Shown here: positions 47,044 to 57,803 of the stretch, piece after piece
Numbering within the stretch: the first letter of the stretch is position 1
How the letters are laid out: every line of letters begins with the position of its first letter
From: a virus
IMG/VR virus record: IMGVR_UViG_3300046468_002660
Direction: 5' to 3' (one strand)
DNA length: 64,000 nt
Notes under the pieces: generated by a model
Databases searched by the model: none
Told to the model about the DNA's origin: nothing
What the model saw: only the letters and a program-made list of their open reading frames with translations
Made by a program: the position numbers and the translations under genes

Positions 47044-49485
47044 ATGGACATAAAAATTAAAAAAAGAAATGGTCGTCTAGAAAATTTTCAAGTTGATAAA
47101 ATCAATGCGAGCGCTCAAAGGGCATGCGATAATATACAGGATGTATCCGCAAGCGAAATCGTACTTGATGCACAACTTCAACTATTCGATAAGATAACAA
47201 CTAAGGAAATAGATCAAGCCTTAATTCTTTCAGCTAGAGAGAAGATTGAAAAAGAACCAAATTACTCTTTTGCGGCGGCTAGATTACTCCTAAACAATCT
47301 ATACAAAGAAGTTTTTAAAGAAGGTGTAGACTCAGATACATTTCGACTACAGTATAGGAAAAGCTTTATTCAAGGAATCAAGAAGCTAGTTAAAGAAAAT
47401 TTACTAAACCCAAAGCTTTTAGATTTTGATTTAGGAAAATTATCTGAAGCACTTAAAATTAGAAGAGATTTAGATTTTAAATATTTAGGAATCCAAATTC
47501 TTACTGATAGATATTTTATTAGATTTGACGGTAAATGTATGGAGGCTCCCCAATGTTTCTGGATGAGAGTCGCCATGGGTTTATCCATCAATGAAGAAAA
47601 TAAAGAAGAAAAAGCCATTGAATTTTATAATTTATTTAGTCAATTTTTATACACCCCCTCAACCCCAACTCTTTTCAACAGTGGAACTACTCACTCACAA
47701 CTTAGTTCTTGCTACCTTAATACTTTCGATGATAGCATTGACGGTATTTTTGACGGCGCTTGGCAAGAAGCTCGTAAATCAAAATACGCTGGTGGTCTTG
47801 GCCTTGATGTTACCCCCTTTCGTTCTACAGGTTCTCATATTCAGGGAACTAACGGCATTTCTAGCGGCTTGGTGCCTTGGCTTAAAATATACAATGATCT
47901 TCTGGTCGCCGTAAATCAAGGTGGCAAACGCCCAGGTGCTGGTTGTGCATACCTAGAACCTTGGCACTTAGATTTTGAAGATTTCTTAAACTTAAGGAGA
48001 AATACTGGTGATGAAAGACTTCGTTGCCACGACATGAACACTGCTTCTTGGATTCCCGATGAGTTCATGCGAAGAGTAAAAAGCGAAGATGCTTGGTACT
48101 TTTTTGACCCTAAAGATACTAAAGATGATAACGGAAAAACTCTTCACGATTATTTTGGTAAAGAATTTGATCTTCGTTACAATAAATTATGTGATGACGC
48201 AGAAAAAGGTTTAATTAAAAACTACAGAGTAACTCCAGCCAAAGAGTTATGGAAAAAAATGCTAAAGGTTTTATTTGAGACTTCTCATCCATGGAACACT
48301 TTTAAAGATCCTTGCAACATTCGTTATACCAATCAACATGAAGGTGCAGTTCGAAGCTCAAATTTATGCACAGAAATAACATTACACACAAAGCCGTCTA
48401 AATACAAAAATGGAGAAAAAGAAGAGGTAGGGGAAACAGCTGTTTGTAATCTAGGTTCAATTAATTTACTAAATCATTTAGATCAAAAATCTACTCATGG
48501 TAAATCAAGTTTTTTCATTGATTACGAAAAGTTAAAATCAACTATACATACAGCAATCAGGATATTAGACAACGTTATAGATTTAAATTTTTATCCAACG
48601 AAAGAAGCTAAGAATTCAAATCTAAAACACAGACCAATAGGATTAGGGATGATGGCAACTCATGATGTTTTACATAAGCTTAATATTAATATAGATAGTG
48701 ACGAAGCTGTTGATTTTAGCGATAAAATATTTGAGTTTTATTCCTGTCACGCTATACACGCAAGCTCTCTTCTAGCAAAAGAAAGAGGTAGCTATGAAAC
48801 CTACCAAGGATCTTTATGGAGTTCTAACATACTCCCTATTGACTCCTACAATAATTTAATGTCCTACAGAGGCAAATCAACATCTTCAGAGACCTTAAAA
48901 GAATGGAAAGAAGTTAGGGGTCACATCAAACAGTATGGAATGAGAAATTCCAATGTAATGGCTATTGCACCAACGGCAACTATAGGTTATATAAATGGAG
49001 TTGAGCAAAGCATAGAGCCAAACTTTTCAGTTTTATTTGTTTACGAAAATAAAAGCGGAAACTTTTACATCACCAACACGCATTTTGTTGAAGATATGAA
49101 AAATTTAGATTTATGGAATAGCGAAACTGCTAATTTCATTAAAAGCATTGATGGGGATTTATCATTAGCTAGTGATATTATACCCGATCAATTAAAAGAA
49201 AAATATAAAACTGCTTTCGATAGAGACATATTTAAATTAATCAAAGCCACATCTCGTAGACAGAAATGGGTAGATCAAGCTATTAGTTTCAATCTCTACA
49301 ATAAAACAACATCTCTTAAATACCTAAATGATATATATATTGCTTGCTGGGAAGAAGGTTTAAAAACAACCTATTATCTCAGAAATAGAGCTGCAAGTAA
49401 AATTGAAAAATCAGAAGAATCTCAAGAGTCTTCTTGCAGTCTTCAGGCTAGGGCTAGAGGTGAGACCTGTGAAAGTTGTCAATAA
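47044..49485 (+). CDS. nrdA: class I ribonucleotide reductase alpha subunit with ATP cone
   Basis: IKKRNG ATP cone, PTLFNSG...SSC, SNLCTEI, APTAT, KTTYYLR, C-terminal CESCQ. Confidence 0.95.
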   Translation: MDIKIKKRNGRLENFQVDKINASAQRACDNIQDVSASEIVLDAQLQLFDKITTKEIDQALILSAREKIEKEPNYSFAAARLLLNNLYKEVFKEGVDSDTFRLQYRKSFIQGIKKLVKENLLNPKLLDFDLGKLSEALKIRRDLDFKYLGIQILTDRYFIRFDGKCMEAPQCFWMRVAMGLSINEENKEEKAIEFYNLFSQFLYTPSTPTLFNSGTTHSQLSSCYLNTFDDSIDGIFDGAWQEARKSKYAGGLGLDVTPFRSTGSHIQGTNGISSGLVPWLKIYNDLLVAVNQGGKRPGAGCAYLEPWHLDFEDFLNLRRNTGDERLRCHDMNTASWIPDEFMRRVKSEDAWYFFDPKDTKDDNGKTLHDYFGKEFDLRYNKLCDDAEKGLIKNYRVTPAKELWKKMLKVLFETSHPWNTFKDPCNIRYTNQHEGAVRSSNLCTEITLHTKPSKYKNGEKEEVGETAVCNLGSINLLNHLDQKSTHGKSSFFIDYEKLKSTIHTAIRILDNVIDLNFYPTKEAKNSNLKHRPIGLGMMATHDVLHKLNINIDSDEAVDFSDKIFEFYSCHAIHASSLLAKERGSYETYQGSLWSSNILPIDSYNNLMSYRGKSTSSETLKEWKEVRGHIKQYGMRNSNVMAIAPTATIGYINGVEQSIEPNFSVLFVYENKSGNFYITNTHFVEDMKNLDLWNSETANFIKSIDGDLSLASDIIPDQLKEKYKTAFDRDIFKLIKATSRRQKWVDQAISFNLYNKTTSLKYLNDIYIACWEEGLKTTYYLRNRAASKIEKSEESQESSCSLQARARGETCESCQ

Positions 49486-49525
49486 ACTTTAAAATTAAAA
49501 ATTTTTATGTGTAAATTAATAGAGA

Positions 49526-51319
49526 ATGAGGTACACAAAAAAAATTGCAATTTTCTATCCATGCACGTATTCTGAATACAGGCGGGGAGACCTAGACACC
49601 GCTACAGAAAAACTAATATCAAGCAAACCTTCTGACAGTTATTCTTTTGATCTGTTTTTTATTTTCAATAAACCATCCAGTGATGATTACAAGCCTTTAT
49701 TAAAATTTGAATCTCGAGATGAAATAAACTCTGTTAAAATTCATTCATTAAATCTTTCTGATGAAGAAGATATTTATATACAATCATGGAAATCTAGAAA
49801 AGATCTTCCATCACCCATGCCACTACACGGATTAAGCTCTGGACCAAATTTATCTTTCTATCGAAGCCTTTATTACTTACTTGCTCACGAAAATAATTAT
49901 GATAACTTTTTACTAATTGAATCAGATGTTCATTTCGTTCAATCACTTTGGTTTGATAAATTGCTTAAATATTGCAACGAAACACCTTTTACAATTGCTG
50001 GTTCAAAGTACAAAGGTTTAAATGATTGGCATAATCAATTAGATTACAAAGACCATTTAAACGGAATAGCTCTTTATAAAAATAGCGCAAGCCTTTACAT
50101 GTTACTAAAAGAATCTGAAGAATATTTAATTAATGAAGTATCAAAAGGAATTCTATTTATCAACTTTGATATAGCAATAGACGAGTGGCGAAGATCTCAA
50201 GACGGAAAAGTGTTTTTCAAAAAAAACCCTCCTTTATTAGACACAGATTTTATAACAAACGCCAGTGATCCTTTTGATGGGCACTTAACTTTACCTGAAA
50301 TTTTACATCTTCATCCTAATACCTCTATCTTACATCACAAATCAAACAAAGACAATAAGTCATTCCTCTATCAATCTGATGCTTCCATCAATGAAGATGA
50401 TATACAATCTGCTATTGATTCAAAGATTAATTCACTCAAGGCTTTCGATGAAGAGCATAATAATTTATCAGATAATCTCTTGGTGTTTTTCAATACACCT
50501 CAGAATGCAGGCAGTTACATCGTTAGTAAGATATTCCTTTACTTAAGAGCTTATAGACAAAAATTTAATTTAAAAAAATTATTTGGCCTAAACAAAGAGT
50601 CAATATTTAATCTTCAAGTTTTTAAAAATTCAGTTCCTATTTTCAAAATTATCGGGGTTGATAGTAGAAGCGTTTTAGATTCCTTTGATTTTATTACTCA
50701 TAATAGATCAATAGAATATCAAATAGAATTTAAAGATTTATCCCAAGAAATCGTAGAAAATCTTTTTTGCTTCAGCTTAGTAATAGATAGTAATGGCTTT
50801 CCAATATTTGATGAAATTTTAAATTCTAATTTTAAATCTTTCAAAAAAGATTCCCTACTAGTCTTACGAGACCCCTATGAAAGAGTAAGATCTCGATATT
50901 CATACAAAACAGTTCGTCCAAATTTTGAAAATTATTTAAAAGATTGCAAGTATGAAGATTCTTGGGTGATAAGAAGTTTATTAAACTTACCTCTAAATAT
51001 TGAAATCTCAAAAACTCACTACGAATTAGTTTGTAAAATCTTGGAACACATAAAAGTCCATAGCATTAAACCGAAAGGAGATTCCCTAACCTCAAAAAGC
51101 TTAGAGGTTTTCTTAAATCAATCTTTTAAAAAGTGCTGGGGAGTAAATTCTTCTGACATGAATTCCGAGTGGCTACTAGAAGATAATATTATAGATTATA
51201 AGAAAAATAATAATTCATTAAATATTAAATTTTCAGAGGTTAAAGAAGAAGCTAGAAGAAACTTCTTAATTCACACACACTTTGGCAAAAAATTATATGA
51301 AAAATTTTTAAAGGTGTAA
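49526..51319 (+). CDS. glycosyltransferase-like domain fused to a divergent sulfotransferase-like domain
   Basis: N-terminal LLIESDV...HLNGIALY; C-terminal FFNTPQNAGS (degenerate HIPKxAG) and LRDPYERVRSRY. Confidence 0.55.
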   Translation: MRYTKKIAIFYPCTYSEYRRGDLDTATEKLISSKPSDSYSFDLFFIFNKPSSDDYKPLLKFESRDEINSVKIHSLNLSDEEDIYIQSWKSRKDLPSPMPLHGLSSGPNLSFYRSLYYLLAHENNYDNFLLIESDVHFVQSLWFDKLLKYCNETPFTIAGSKYKGLNDWHNQLDYKDHLNGIALYKNSASLYMLLKESEEYLINEVSKGILFINFDIAIDEWRRSQDGKVFFKKNPPLLDTDFITNASDPFDGHLTLPEILHLHPNTSILHHKSNKDNKSFLYQSDASINEDDIQSAIDSKINSLKAFDEEHNNLSDNLLVFFNTPQNAGSYIVSKIFLYLRAYRQKFNLKKLFGLNKESIFNLQVFKNSVPIFKIIGVDSRSVLDSFDFITHNRSIEYQIEFKDLSQEIVENLFCFSLVIDSNGFPIFDEILNSNFKSFKKDSLLVLRDPYERVRSRYSYKTVRPNFENYLKDCKYEDSWVIRSLLNLPLNIEISKTHYELVCKILEHIKVHSIKPKGDSLTSKSLEVFLNQSFKKCWGVNSSDMNSEWLLEDNIIDYKKNNNSLNIKFSEVKEEARRNFLIHTHFGKKLYEKFLKV

Positions 51320-51331
51320 TAAAAATAAAAT

Positions 51332-52042
51332 ATGAAAATATATACTTATTACGAAAATATAGAATTCAAGCAACAAGACGAACTTGTCAAACTCTGGAAA
51401 AGCAGCTGGGAAAGCAAAGGGTTTCAAGCCATTGTTTTGGGTCGATCTGACGCAGAAAATCATAATTTTTACAAAGAGTTTGTTTCTGAACTAGAAGATC
51501 TCCATATGGAAATTTTGGGGGAAGCTATAAAACCTTATGGGATGAGTTGTTACTTGCGCTGGCTTGCATATGCACATGTACTTGAATCAAAATCTTTTGT
51601 AAGTGATTACGATGTTATAAATTCTAGATTAGACCTAACGGATGATTTACCATCAGGCTTAATGTTTTATGATAATTGTTGTCCTTGTTTTGCTTCAGGA
51701 TCTAAAGAAGATTTTCTTAATTTTTGTTTTGATATTTTAAAAATCACCAAGCAAAATTTAAACAACTTAAAAGGGAAGGTTCATCCGTGGTATCACGACC
51801 AAGAATGCATCGTCCATAATAAGACTGATTTTCAAAAATTAAATTATGTTACTATAGAAGAAAAAGATCCCATTGATAGATTAATTCAACAATACGAGCA
51901 TAAAAACTTTTTCATAAAAAAGAAATCTAAAGTTCTTCATTTTTCTCACGGCTCAATAGGACACGCTAAAGAAAACTTCCCAGAGCTTAAAGACCAGAAT
52001 TCAGATGAGCTTAGACTAAGCTTGATAAATGATATTTTGTAA
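51332..52042 (+). CDS. putative GT-A-fold glycosyltransferase
   Basis: CYLRWLA, SDYDVIN (DxD), HDQ, HFSH. Confidence 0.5.
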   Translation: MKIYTYYENIEFKQQDELVKLWKSSWESKGFQAIVLGRSDAENHNFYKEFVSELEDLHMEILGEAIKPYGMSCYLRWLAYAHVLESKSFVSDYDVINSRLDLTDDLPSGLMFYDNCCPCFASGSKEDFLNFCFDILKITKQNLNNLKGKVHPWYHDQECIVHNKTDFQKLNYVTIEEKDPIDRLIQQYEHKNFFIKKKSKVLHFSHGSIGHAKENFPELKDQNSDELRLSLINDIL

Positions 52043-52048
52043 AATATA

Positions 52049-52822
52049 ATGATTACCCCATCAAAAACATACAGGTTAGCAGACATGATAAGAGGACTTT
52101 GGGATGGAAGAGAATTTCATTATGTAAATTATCCAAATTCAATTGCAACAGAATATATGAAAATCAAAGATAAATTTCCTAAAAAACAAGAGTCCTTAAG
52201 TTTCTCTAAAATTGATTTTAAATCTTTAATTTCAATAATAAAAAGCAAAAAATACAAAAACTTCGAAAAGCCAGATTCAAATACAATCATAGTGCATTTA
52301 AGAGTTGGAGATGTTATCGATGGAATACCAACTACGGTAGATAATTTCTTGCATAAATCACCCGCTGAAACCAAATGGAAAAACGGCAAAAATTATGTTT
52401 TCAATTTAGATTATTACAGACATATCATAACAGAACTCCCCACTTCTCTTAAAAATGTAGTCTTTGTATATGGTTATAAAAACAGAGATGAGTCGAGGTA
52501 TCAGCATGATAAGAGATACCAAAAAAATCCTAGTAATAGTTGCGAAAAATCTGAAGAGTATATTGAAAAACTTAAAACTTTTTTTGAATCAAAAGGTTAT
52601 AACGTTACAAAAAAAAATTGCCATACTCCCATCGATAAAGAAGACTTAGATTATAAAAGCTTTCATCAACGATTAATCAAAATTTCTGAAAATGCCGACA
52701 TTGACTTCGTTTACATGTGCAATGCAAAGCATTTCGTAAAATCAGGAGGAGGATTTAGTAAAATTATAAGCAATGTTGTTCAACTACAAGGCAATAACTC
52801 TTATCCCAAAAATAATAAATAA
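52049..52822 (+). CDS. GT11/GT23-like (fucosyltransferase-type) glycosyltransferase
   Basis: IVHLRVGD, ADIDFVYMCNAKHFVKSGGGFS. Confidence 0.6.
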   Translation: MITPSKTYRLADMIRGLWDGREFHYVNYPNSIATEYMKIKDKFPKKQESLSFSKIDFKSLISIIKSKKYKNFEKPDSNTIIVHLRVGDVIDGIPTTVDNFLHKSPAETKWKNGKNYVFNLDYYRHIITELPTSLKNVVFVYGYKNRDESRYQHDKRYQKNPSNSCEKSEEYIEKLKTFFESKGYNVTKKNCHTPIDKEDLDYKSFHQRLIKISENADIDFVYMCNAKHFVKSGGGFSKIISNVVQLQGNNSYPKNNK

Positions 52823-52842
52823 TTTTTTAAAATAAACTTATC

Positions 52843-53505
52843 ATGATTATATCTAAAAAACATAAATTCATAGTATTAAATGCCCCAAAAACTGGTAGTG
52901 GTTATAGGGAAGATCAACTTCGTTCATTTATAGATATCTCTAACGATACCGTAAACGAAAATATTAGACATTTTACAGCCAACAACGCCTTTAAATATTG
53001 CTACATAAATAACTTAAATCCAGATGAATTTTACTGGATTTCTTTTGTAAGAAACCCCTGGACAAGAGTGGAATCTTTTTTTAATCAAGTGGCTAATGAA
53101 ATATTAGATGAAAAGAAACAATCTCCAAGGTATAAAACAGTTTCCAAAGAAGATCTTTTTTCTTCTGATTTTTTACTTAAGTTTGTTCAAAATCAACGAG
53201 AGACCAGGCACAGATATCCACTTCAATGTCAATCAGAATATTTTACAAAACCAAATGGAGAAGATTTTGATTTTATAGGTCAACTAGAAAATATGAAAGA
53301 AGATGTGAATTATATTTTAGATAAGTTTAATTTAAACAGTAAAATACAAAGTCATGAAGAACATTTCGTAAGTAAGTTTGGTGAAGTTAGAGAAAAATCT
53401 TCTTATCACCAAGAGGTAAAAAACCTCTGGAGAAACGATTCTATTGAAATAATAAGAAATCTCGAACAAAAAACTATCCAAAAGTTTAATTATAGCTATT
53501 CCTAA
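52843..53505 (+). CDS. sulfotransferase (Sulfotransfer_2 type)
   Basis: APKTGS (5'-PSB), FVRNPWTR (3'-PB), DFIGQLEN. Confidence 0.82.
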   Translation: MIISKKHKFIVLNAPKTGSGYREDQLRSFIDISNDTVNENIRHFTANNAFKYCYINNLNPDEFYWISFVRNPWTRVESFFNQVANEILDEKKQSPRYKTVSKEDLFSSDFLLKFVQNQRETRHRYPLQCQSEYFTKPNGEDFDFIGQLENMKEDVNYILDKFNLNSKIQSHEEHFVSKFGEVREKSSYHQEVKNLWRNDSIEIIRNLEQKTIQKFNYSYS

Positions 53506-53533
53506 TATAAAATAAATCGAATACAAAAAATAT

Positions 53534-54160
53534 ATGACGCTAAACAAAGAACCAATTTTCATCCATATACCCAAAGCGGGAGGCAAGTCAATGGAAAGTT
53601 TTTTCAAGAAGATTAACCCTCGTCTTAGAATAGGTTGCTTACACATGAAAGCCTCAGCATGGGTGGATCAAAAGAAAAATTCTAAAAAATGTTTTGCGCT
53701 ATCTAAAAAAGAAAGAGAATCAGCTTTTATTTTTTCATTCGTTCGAAATCCTTTTGACAGACTATTAAGTGCATATATGTATCTAAGCGGAGGTTATGGA
53801 AATCAAGGTGATATAAAGTTTGGGAAAACCCTTAATAGCTCTTTTATGGGTTTTATAAAAAAAGATTTTTTATCTTTCTGGGAAGGTGAAAAATTTATCC
53901 CTAGTCGAGGCAAACTTCATTTTGAGCCAATGATTAACTATATAAATAGAGATATAGATTTTATAGGAAGATTTGAAAATATCCAAGAAGACTTCAAAAC
54001 TGTCTGTGACAAAATTAGAATTCCACGACAAGAACTTCCTCACAAAAACAAAAGCGAACACAAACATTACACAGAATACTACGATGACGAAACAAAGCAA
54101 ATTGTTGCAGAAAAATATGCAAAAGACATTGAATATTTTGGGTACAAGTTTGGAGATTGA
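53534..54160 (+). CDS. sulfotransferase (Sulfotransfer_2 type)
   Basis: FIHIPKAGG, FVRNPFDRLLSAY, DFIGRFE. Confidence 0.88.
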   Translation: MTLNKEPIFIHIPKAGGKSMESFFKKINPRLRIGCLHMKASAWVDQKKNSKKCFALSKKERESAFIFSFVRNPFDRLLSAYMYLSGGYGNQGDIKFGKTLNSSFMGFIKKDFLSFWEGEKFIPSRGKLHFEPMINYINRDIDFIGRFENIQEDFKTVCDKIRIPRQELPHKNKSEHKHYTEYYDDETKQIVAEKYAKDIEYFGYKFGD

Positions 54161-54163
54161 AAT

Positions 54164-54712
54164 ATGATAAGCCATAAACATAAATGTATTTTTATTCATA
54201 TTCCAAGAACGGGTGGAACTTCTATAGAAAATCTATTGGGCAAGGTAAATGAAAGAGATAAACACAAATCATTATTTTCACTTGAGAAAAAAGTTGATAT
54301 ATCTAGTTTTTTTAAGTTTTCGTTTATACGTAACCCGTGGGATATCACAATAAGCAAATATGTTGCTCCGTATTATCGTAAAATTAACAAACTGTCAAAT
54401 AAGTCTTTTTTATATTTTTTGGAGAACTATTTTCCTGCACTCCATGAAGCAGGTGACTCATTTCATGATTATTTTGATCCGAGTAAAATGGATTTTATCG
54501 GGAGATTTGAAACGAGGGAAACAGATTTGGCATATATTTCAAACAAAATAGGAATCGAACTTGACCCAAAATTTTCCGCAAAACAAAAAGAAATGCAAAG
54601 ATCAAGAAGTAAAAAACACTACACTGAATACTACGATGACGAAACCCGCGCAATTGTTGCGGAAAAATACGCAAAGGACATTAAGTACTTCGGATATAAA
54701 TTTGGAGATTAA
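54164..54712 (+). CDS. sulfotransferase (Sulfotransfer_2 type)
   Basis: FIHIPRTGGTS, FIRNPWD, DFIGRFE. Confidence 0.85.
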   Translation: MISHKHKCIFIHIPRTGGTSIENLLGKVNERDKHKSLFSLEKKVDISSFFKFSFIRNPWDITISKYVAPYYRKINKLSNKSFLYFLENYFPALHEAGDSFHDYFDPSKMDFIGRFETRETDLAYISNKIGIELDPKFSAKQKEMQRSRSKKHYTEYYDDETRAIVAEKYAKDIKYFGYKFGD

Positions 54713-54713
54713 T

Positions 54714-55388
54714 ATGAGAAAAATTAACTTGCAGAAAATTTCTATCTTAAAAGAAAACAAAGTCTATAGAATTAACGATGTATTCGTTGGATCGGGAATA
54801 AGATTTGAACATGACAGGAAATTAATACTAACCAAACCCCAATACAACAATACCATACTATTTAATTATCTTCAAAACAAACAAAAAGACAGGGACATCT
54901 TAACAATGCAAAAAGTTATTGACAGACACATTGATTTGCACAATTACCCAACACCAGAAGAAAATGAACTAGTAATACATTTAAGGCTTGGCGATATATT
55001 AAATTCAAAAAAAGCCTTTAATCATTACCATGAAACTTTTAAAAATTTAAACAAAAAAATAGATTTTAAAAAATTTTCAACAATCAGCATTGTTACAGCT
55101 TTGCATTTTGGAAGTTTTGATAATCACCCCAAGGGTCCTAGGAATATGTTTTCCGAAAAAGCTCAAGAAAGGAGTTTTACATTTTTTCGTTATGCAGAGT
55201 CTAAAATTAATAAGGCGGGGCATTCAGTAAATTTAATTTCTAGCAATAATATTGATAAAGATTTTTGCTACATGGCAAAAAGTCAATGGTTCGTGAAGTC
55301 AAAAAGAGGCTTTTCTTACTTAATAAGCAAGCTACTACCTGATTCTGCAAAATGTTTTGATTTAGATGAACAAAAATGGATACAATAA
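54714..55388 (+). CDS. GT11/GT23-like (fucosyltransferase-type) glycosyltransferase
   Basis: VIHLRLGD, IDKDFCYMAKSQWFVKSKRGFS; paralog of 52049; start moved to ATG 54714. Confidence 0.6.
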   Translation: MRKINLQKISILKENKVYRINDVFVGSGIRFEHDRKLILTKPQYNNTILFNYLQNKQKDRDILTMQKVIDRHIDLHNYPTPEENELVIHLRLGDILNSKKAFNHYHETFKNLNKKIDFKKFSTISIVTALHFGSFDNHPKGPRNMFSEKAQERSFTFFRYAESKINKAGHSVNLISSNNIDKDFCYMAKSQWFVKSKRGFSYLISKLLPDSAKCFDLDEQKWIQ

Positions 55389-55398
55389 AGATTGAAAG

Positions 55399-55992
55399 AT
55401 GATTAGTCATAAACATAAATGCATATTGGTGCATATTCCTCGATGCGGCGGGACTTCTATGGAGATCAGTATGGTCGGGGACAATTGGTTTAAGATAGAT
55501 CGAACCACAAAACACCTTATTGCCTCAACCGCGAAAAAGATATACGAACCCTATTGGGATGATTACTTTAAATTTAGTTTCGTAAGAAACCCTTGGGACA
55601 GAATGGTATCAATGTCTAGATACAGTAACTTTTATGGTTGCAGGATAGAAGGTGGCAAGCTTAATGTTAATGAATACATGAAGCGGTGGTCGAATTCAGA
55701 AATAGATCCTAGATCAAAAAGCAAGACAGAAAATATTAAGCCAATTAAAAATGCAGTTTATTTAAACATTTTAAATGAAGAGCTTGATTTTATTGGGCGC
55801 TTCGAAAACCTTCTAGAGGATTTTGGTAAAGTCTGCTCGATTCTTAATTGCAAAAACAAGCTACCGCATTCGCAGTATAATAAGAAAACACCGAAACGCT
55901 ACACCGAATACTACAATGATGAAACACAACAAATAGTTGCGGAAAAATATGCAAAAGACATTGAGCATTTTGGATACAAATTTGGAGAGTAA
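55399..55992 (+). CDS. sulfotransferase (Sulfotransfer_2 type)
   Basis: HIPRCGGTS, FVRNPWDRMVS, DFIGRFE. Confidence 0.85.
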   Translation: MISHKHKCILVHIPRCGGTSMEISMVGDNWFKIDRTTKHLIASTAKKIYEPYWDDYFKFSFVRNPWDRMVSMSRYSNFYGCRIEGGKLNVNEYMKRWSNSEIDPRSKSKTENIKPIKNAVYLNILNEELDFIGRFENLLEDFGKVCSILNCKNKLPHSQYNKKTPKRYTEYYNDETQQIVAEKYAKDIEHFGYKFGE

Positions 55993-55995
55993 TAG

Positions 55996-56880
55996 ATGAT
56001 AAACGACATAACAGAAATACTAAATTTTCGTTTTAATCATATGCATTTAACTTGGAATCTCAAAAGAGAGGATAAAGAAAAATATCTTAAACATTATCCC
56101 GAAGTATATAAATACTTTGAGTATGTTTTGCATAAAGATATTCAGATCAATAAAAATTTAAAAAATAAAAATGTTTTTTGCCATACATACCATATAAAAC
56201 TTTTACCGAAACTAATGAATGGACATTCAGATAGTTTCAATAACTTAGTGATTATGGGTGATGATATTCACTTTTCAGCCCAAATACACCAGCTAAAACA
56301 GATTAAAGATCGCTTCAAAAAAATATACTACGAAGCAAAAGATATAGATTGTGAATGGGTGCAAACATTTCCAATGGGAGGAGTTGTGGCATACATGCTT
56401 CGGAATGGCGGTGATAATGCCATACTCCCACAAATTAATAAAAAGAAAAACAAAACAAAGCTCATTGCAAGTGCATTTGGCAGTAAGTGGCCAAATCTAA
56501 CTAGAAGTATTGCAGATAGATCCAAACTTAAAAAATTTACATCTAATTCTGATTTCATGAATGATATGTTTTGTGAACCCGACAAATATTATGAAAATCT
56601 TTGTGATTATCGATTTTTCGCATGTCCACTAGGAAATGGCATACAAACACCTAAGATTTGTGAGTGTATAATGTGTGAAACTGTACCTGTGGTTACTGAT
56701 CATGTTGCTCATCGCGAACTTAGAGATATTTATGGCTTGCCATTATTGATTGTAAACGAATGGTCTGACATTACTGAAGAATTTTTAAACGAACAATGGT
56801 ATTTAGTGTATTCCAAGATAGACTGGCATGAACAAAAAAATAAATTTTTAGTAAACAATTTTAATAAATTATTAATATGA
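55996..56880 (+). CDS. exostosin/GT47-like glycosyltransferase
   Basis: YRFFACPLGNGIQTPKICECIMCETVPVV. Confidence 0.65.
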   Translation: MINDITEILNFRFNHMHLTWNLKREDKEKYLKHYPEVYKYFEYVLHKDIQINKNLKNKNVFCHTYHIKLLPKLMNGHSDSFNNLVIMGDDIHFSAQIHQLKQIKDRFKKIYYEAKDIDCEWVQTFPMGGVVAYMLRNGGDNAILPQINKKKNKTKLIASAFGSKWPNLTRSIADRSKLKKFTSNSDFMNDMFCEPDKYYENLCDYRFFACPLGNGIQTPKICECIMCETVPVVTDHVAHRELRDIYGLPLLIVNEWSDITEEFLNEQWYLVYSKIDWHEQKNKFLVNNFNKLLI

Positions 56881-57731
56881 AAATCATAAAATATCACGGA
56901 CAAGCAGGGCTAGATTTCATAAAAAAATTCAAGAAGAATAACAAAAACATTCTTCAATTCTGTATAGGTTTAAATGATGAAATTGAATCCTTGAAAGAAG
57001 CTAAAAAAAAAATAATATCACAAAACCCAACCTACACATATCATTACATTGACAGCGAAGATAAAATGCATAAATTTATGGAACATTTCTTCAGAGACTC
57101 TAAAGATCCATTTGATCAAAAAATTTATGAAAGTTTTTATTGTGTCCCTATGAAATTAAAAATTCAAACACAACGGTTTCCTAAGGGGTGGAGCAAAAAA
57201 CAACAAGAAGACCAAGCCAATGTATGCCGCCTAGTTTCTCGCACAGATATAATAAGGTATGCATTTTTATATAAATTTGGAGGCTTATATTTAGATCTCA
57301 GTTCTTGCGCTAATGTAGATATAGATAAAGACTTTTCTAAATATGATTTTGTTGGCTTTAAAAGCCCTGCGGAAGTTCGCTCATCCTGCCTTTATGGTAA
57401 AAAAAATAATCTTTTAACAACGAAAATTCTGAAAAGAATTACTGATTCCTGTAACCTAAAAACAGAAAACAATTCTTTAGGTCAAATGAAATATGCTGGT
57501 CCAGGAGCAATAACAAACACTTTAATTTCAATGACTGATTATTCAATTAAACCCTCAACATATAAAGAGTCACTTAAATTTATTGATGTTAAAAAGTATA
57601 ATATTCTTATAGAAGACGAAAAGGGTGGGCAAAAGTTTTTCAAAATGCAGGGTCCATGGAAAAAAGAACTCCACCATCCTTCAAAAAAAAATCCAAATAA
57701 AAAAATAAATGGTCACTGGTTACATCCTTAA
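56877..57731 (+). CDS. GT32-like glycosyltransferase
   Basis: SRTDIIRYAFLYKFGGLYLD, AGPG. Confidence 0.75.
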   Translation: MKIIKYHGQAGLDFIKKFKKNNKNILQFCIGLNDEIESLKEAKKKIISQNPTYTYHYIDSEDKMHKFMEHFFRDSKDPFDQKIYESFYCVPMKLKIQTQRFPKGWSKKQQEDQANVCRLVSRTDIIRYAFLYKFGGLYLDLSSCANVDIDKDFSKYDFVGFKSPAEVRSSCLYGKKNNLLTTKILKRITDSCNLKTENNSLGQMKYAGPGAITNTLISMTDYSIKPSTYKESLKFIDVKKYNILIEDEKGGQKFFKMQGPWKKELHHPSKKNPNKKINGHWLHP

Positions 57732-57803
57732 AACTCTTTAAAAAAATAAAGAAAAAAACAATGGATCCTCGACAACAACTTCCACACAAAAACAAAATTA
57801 ATT

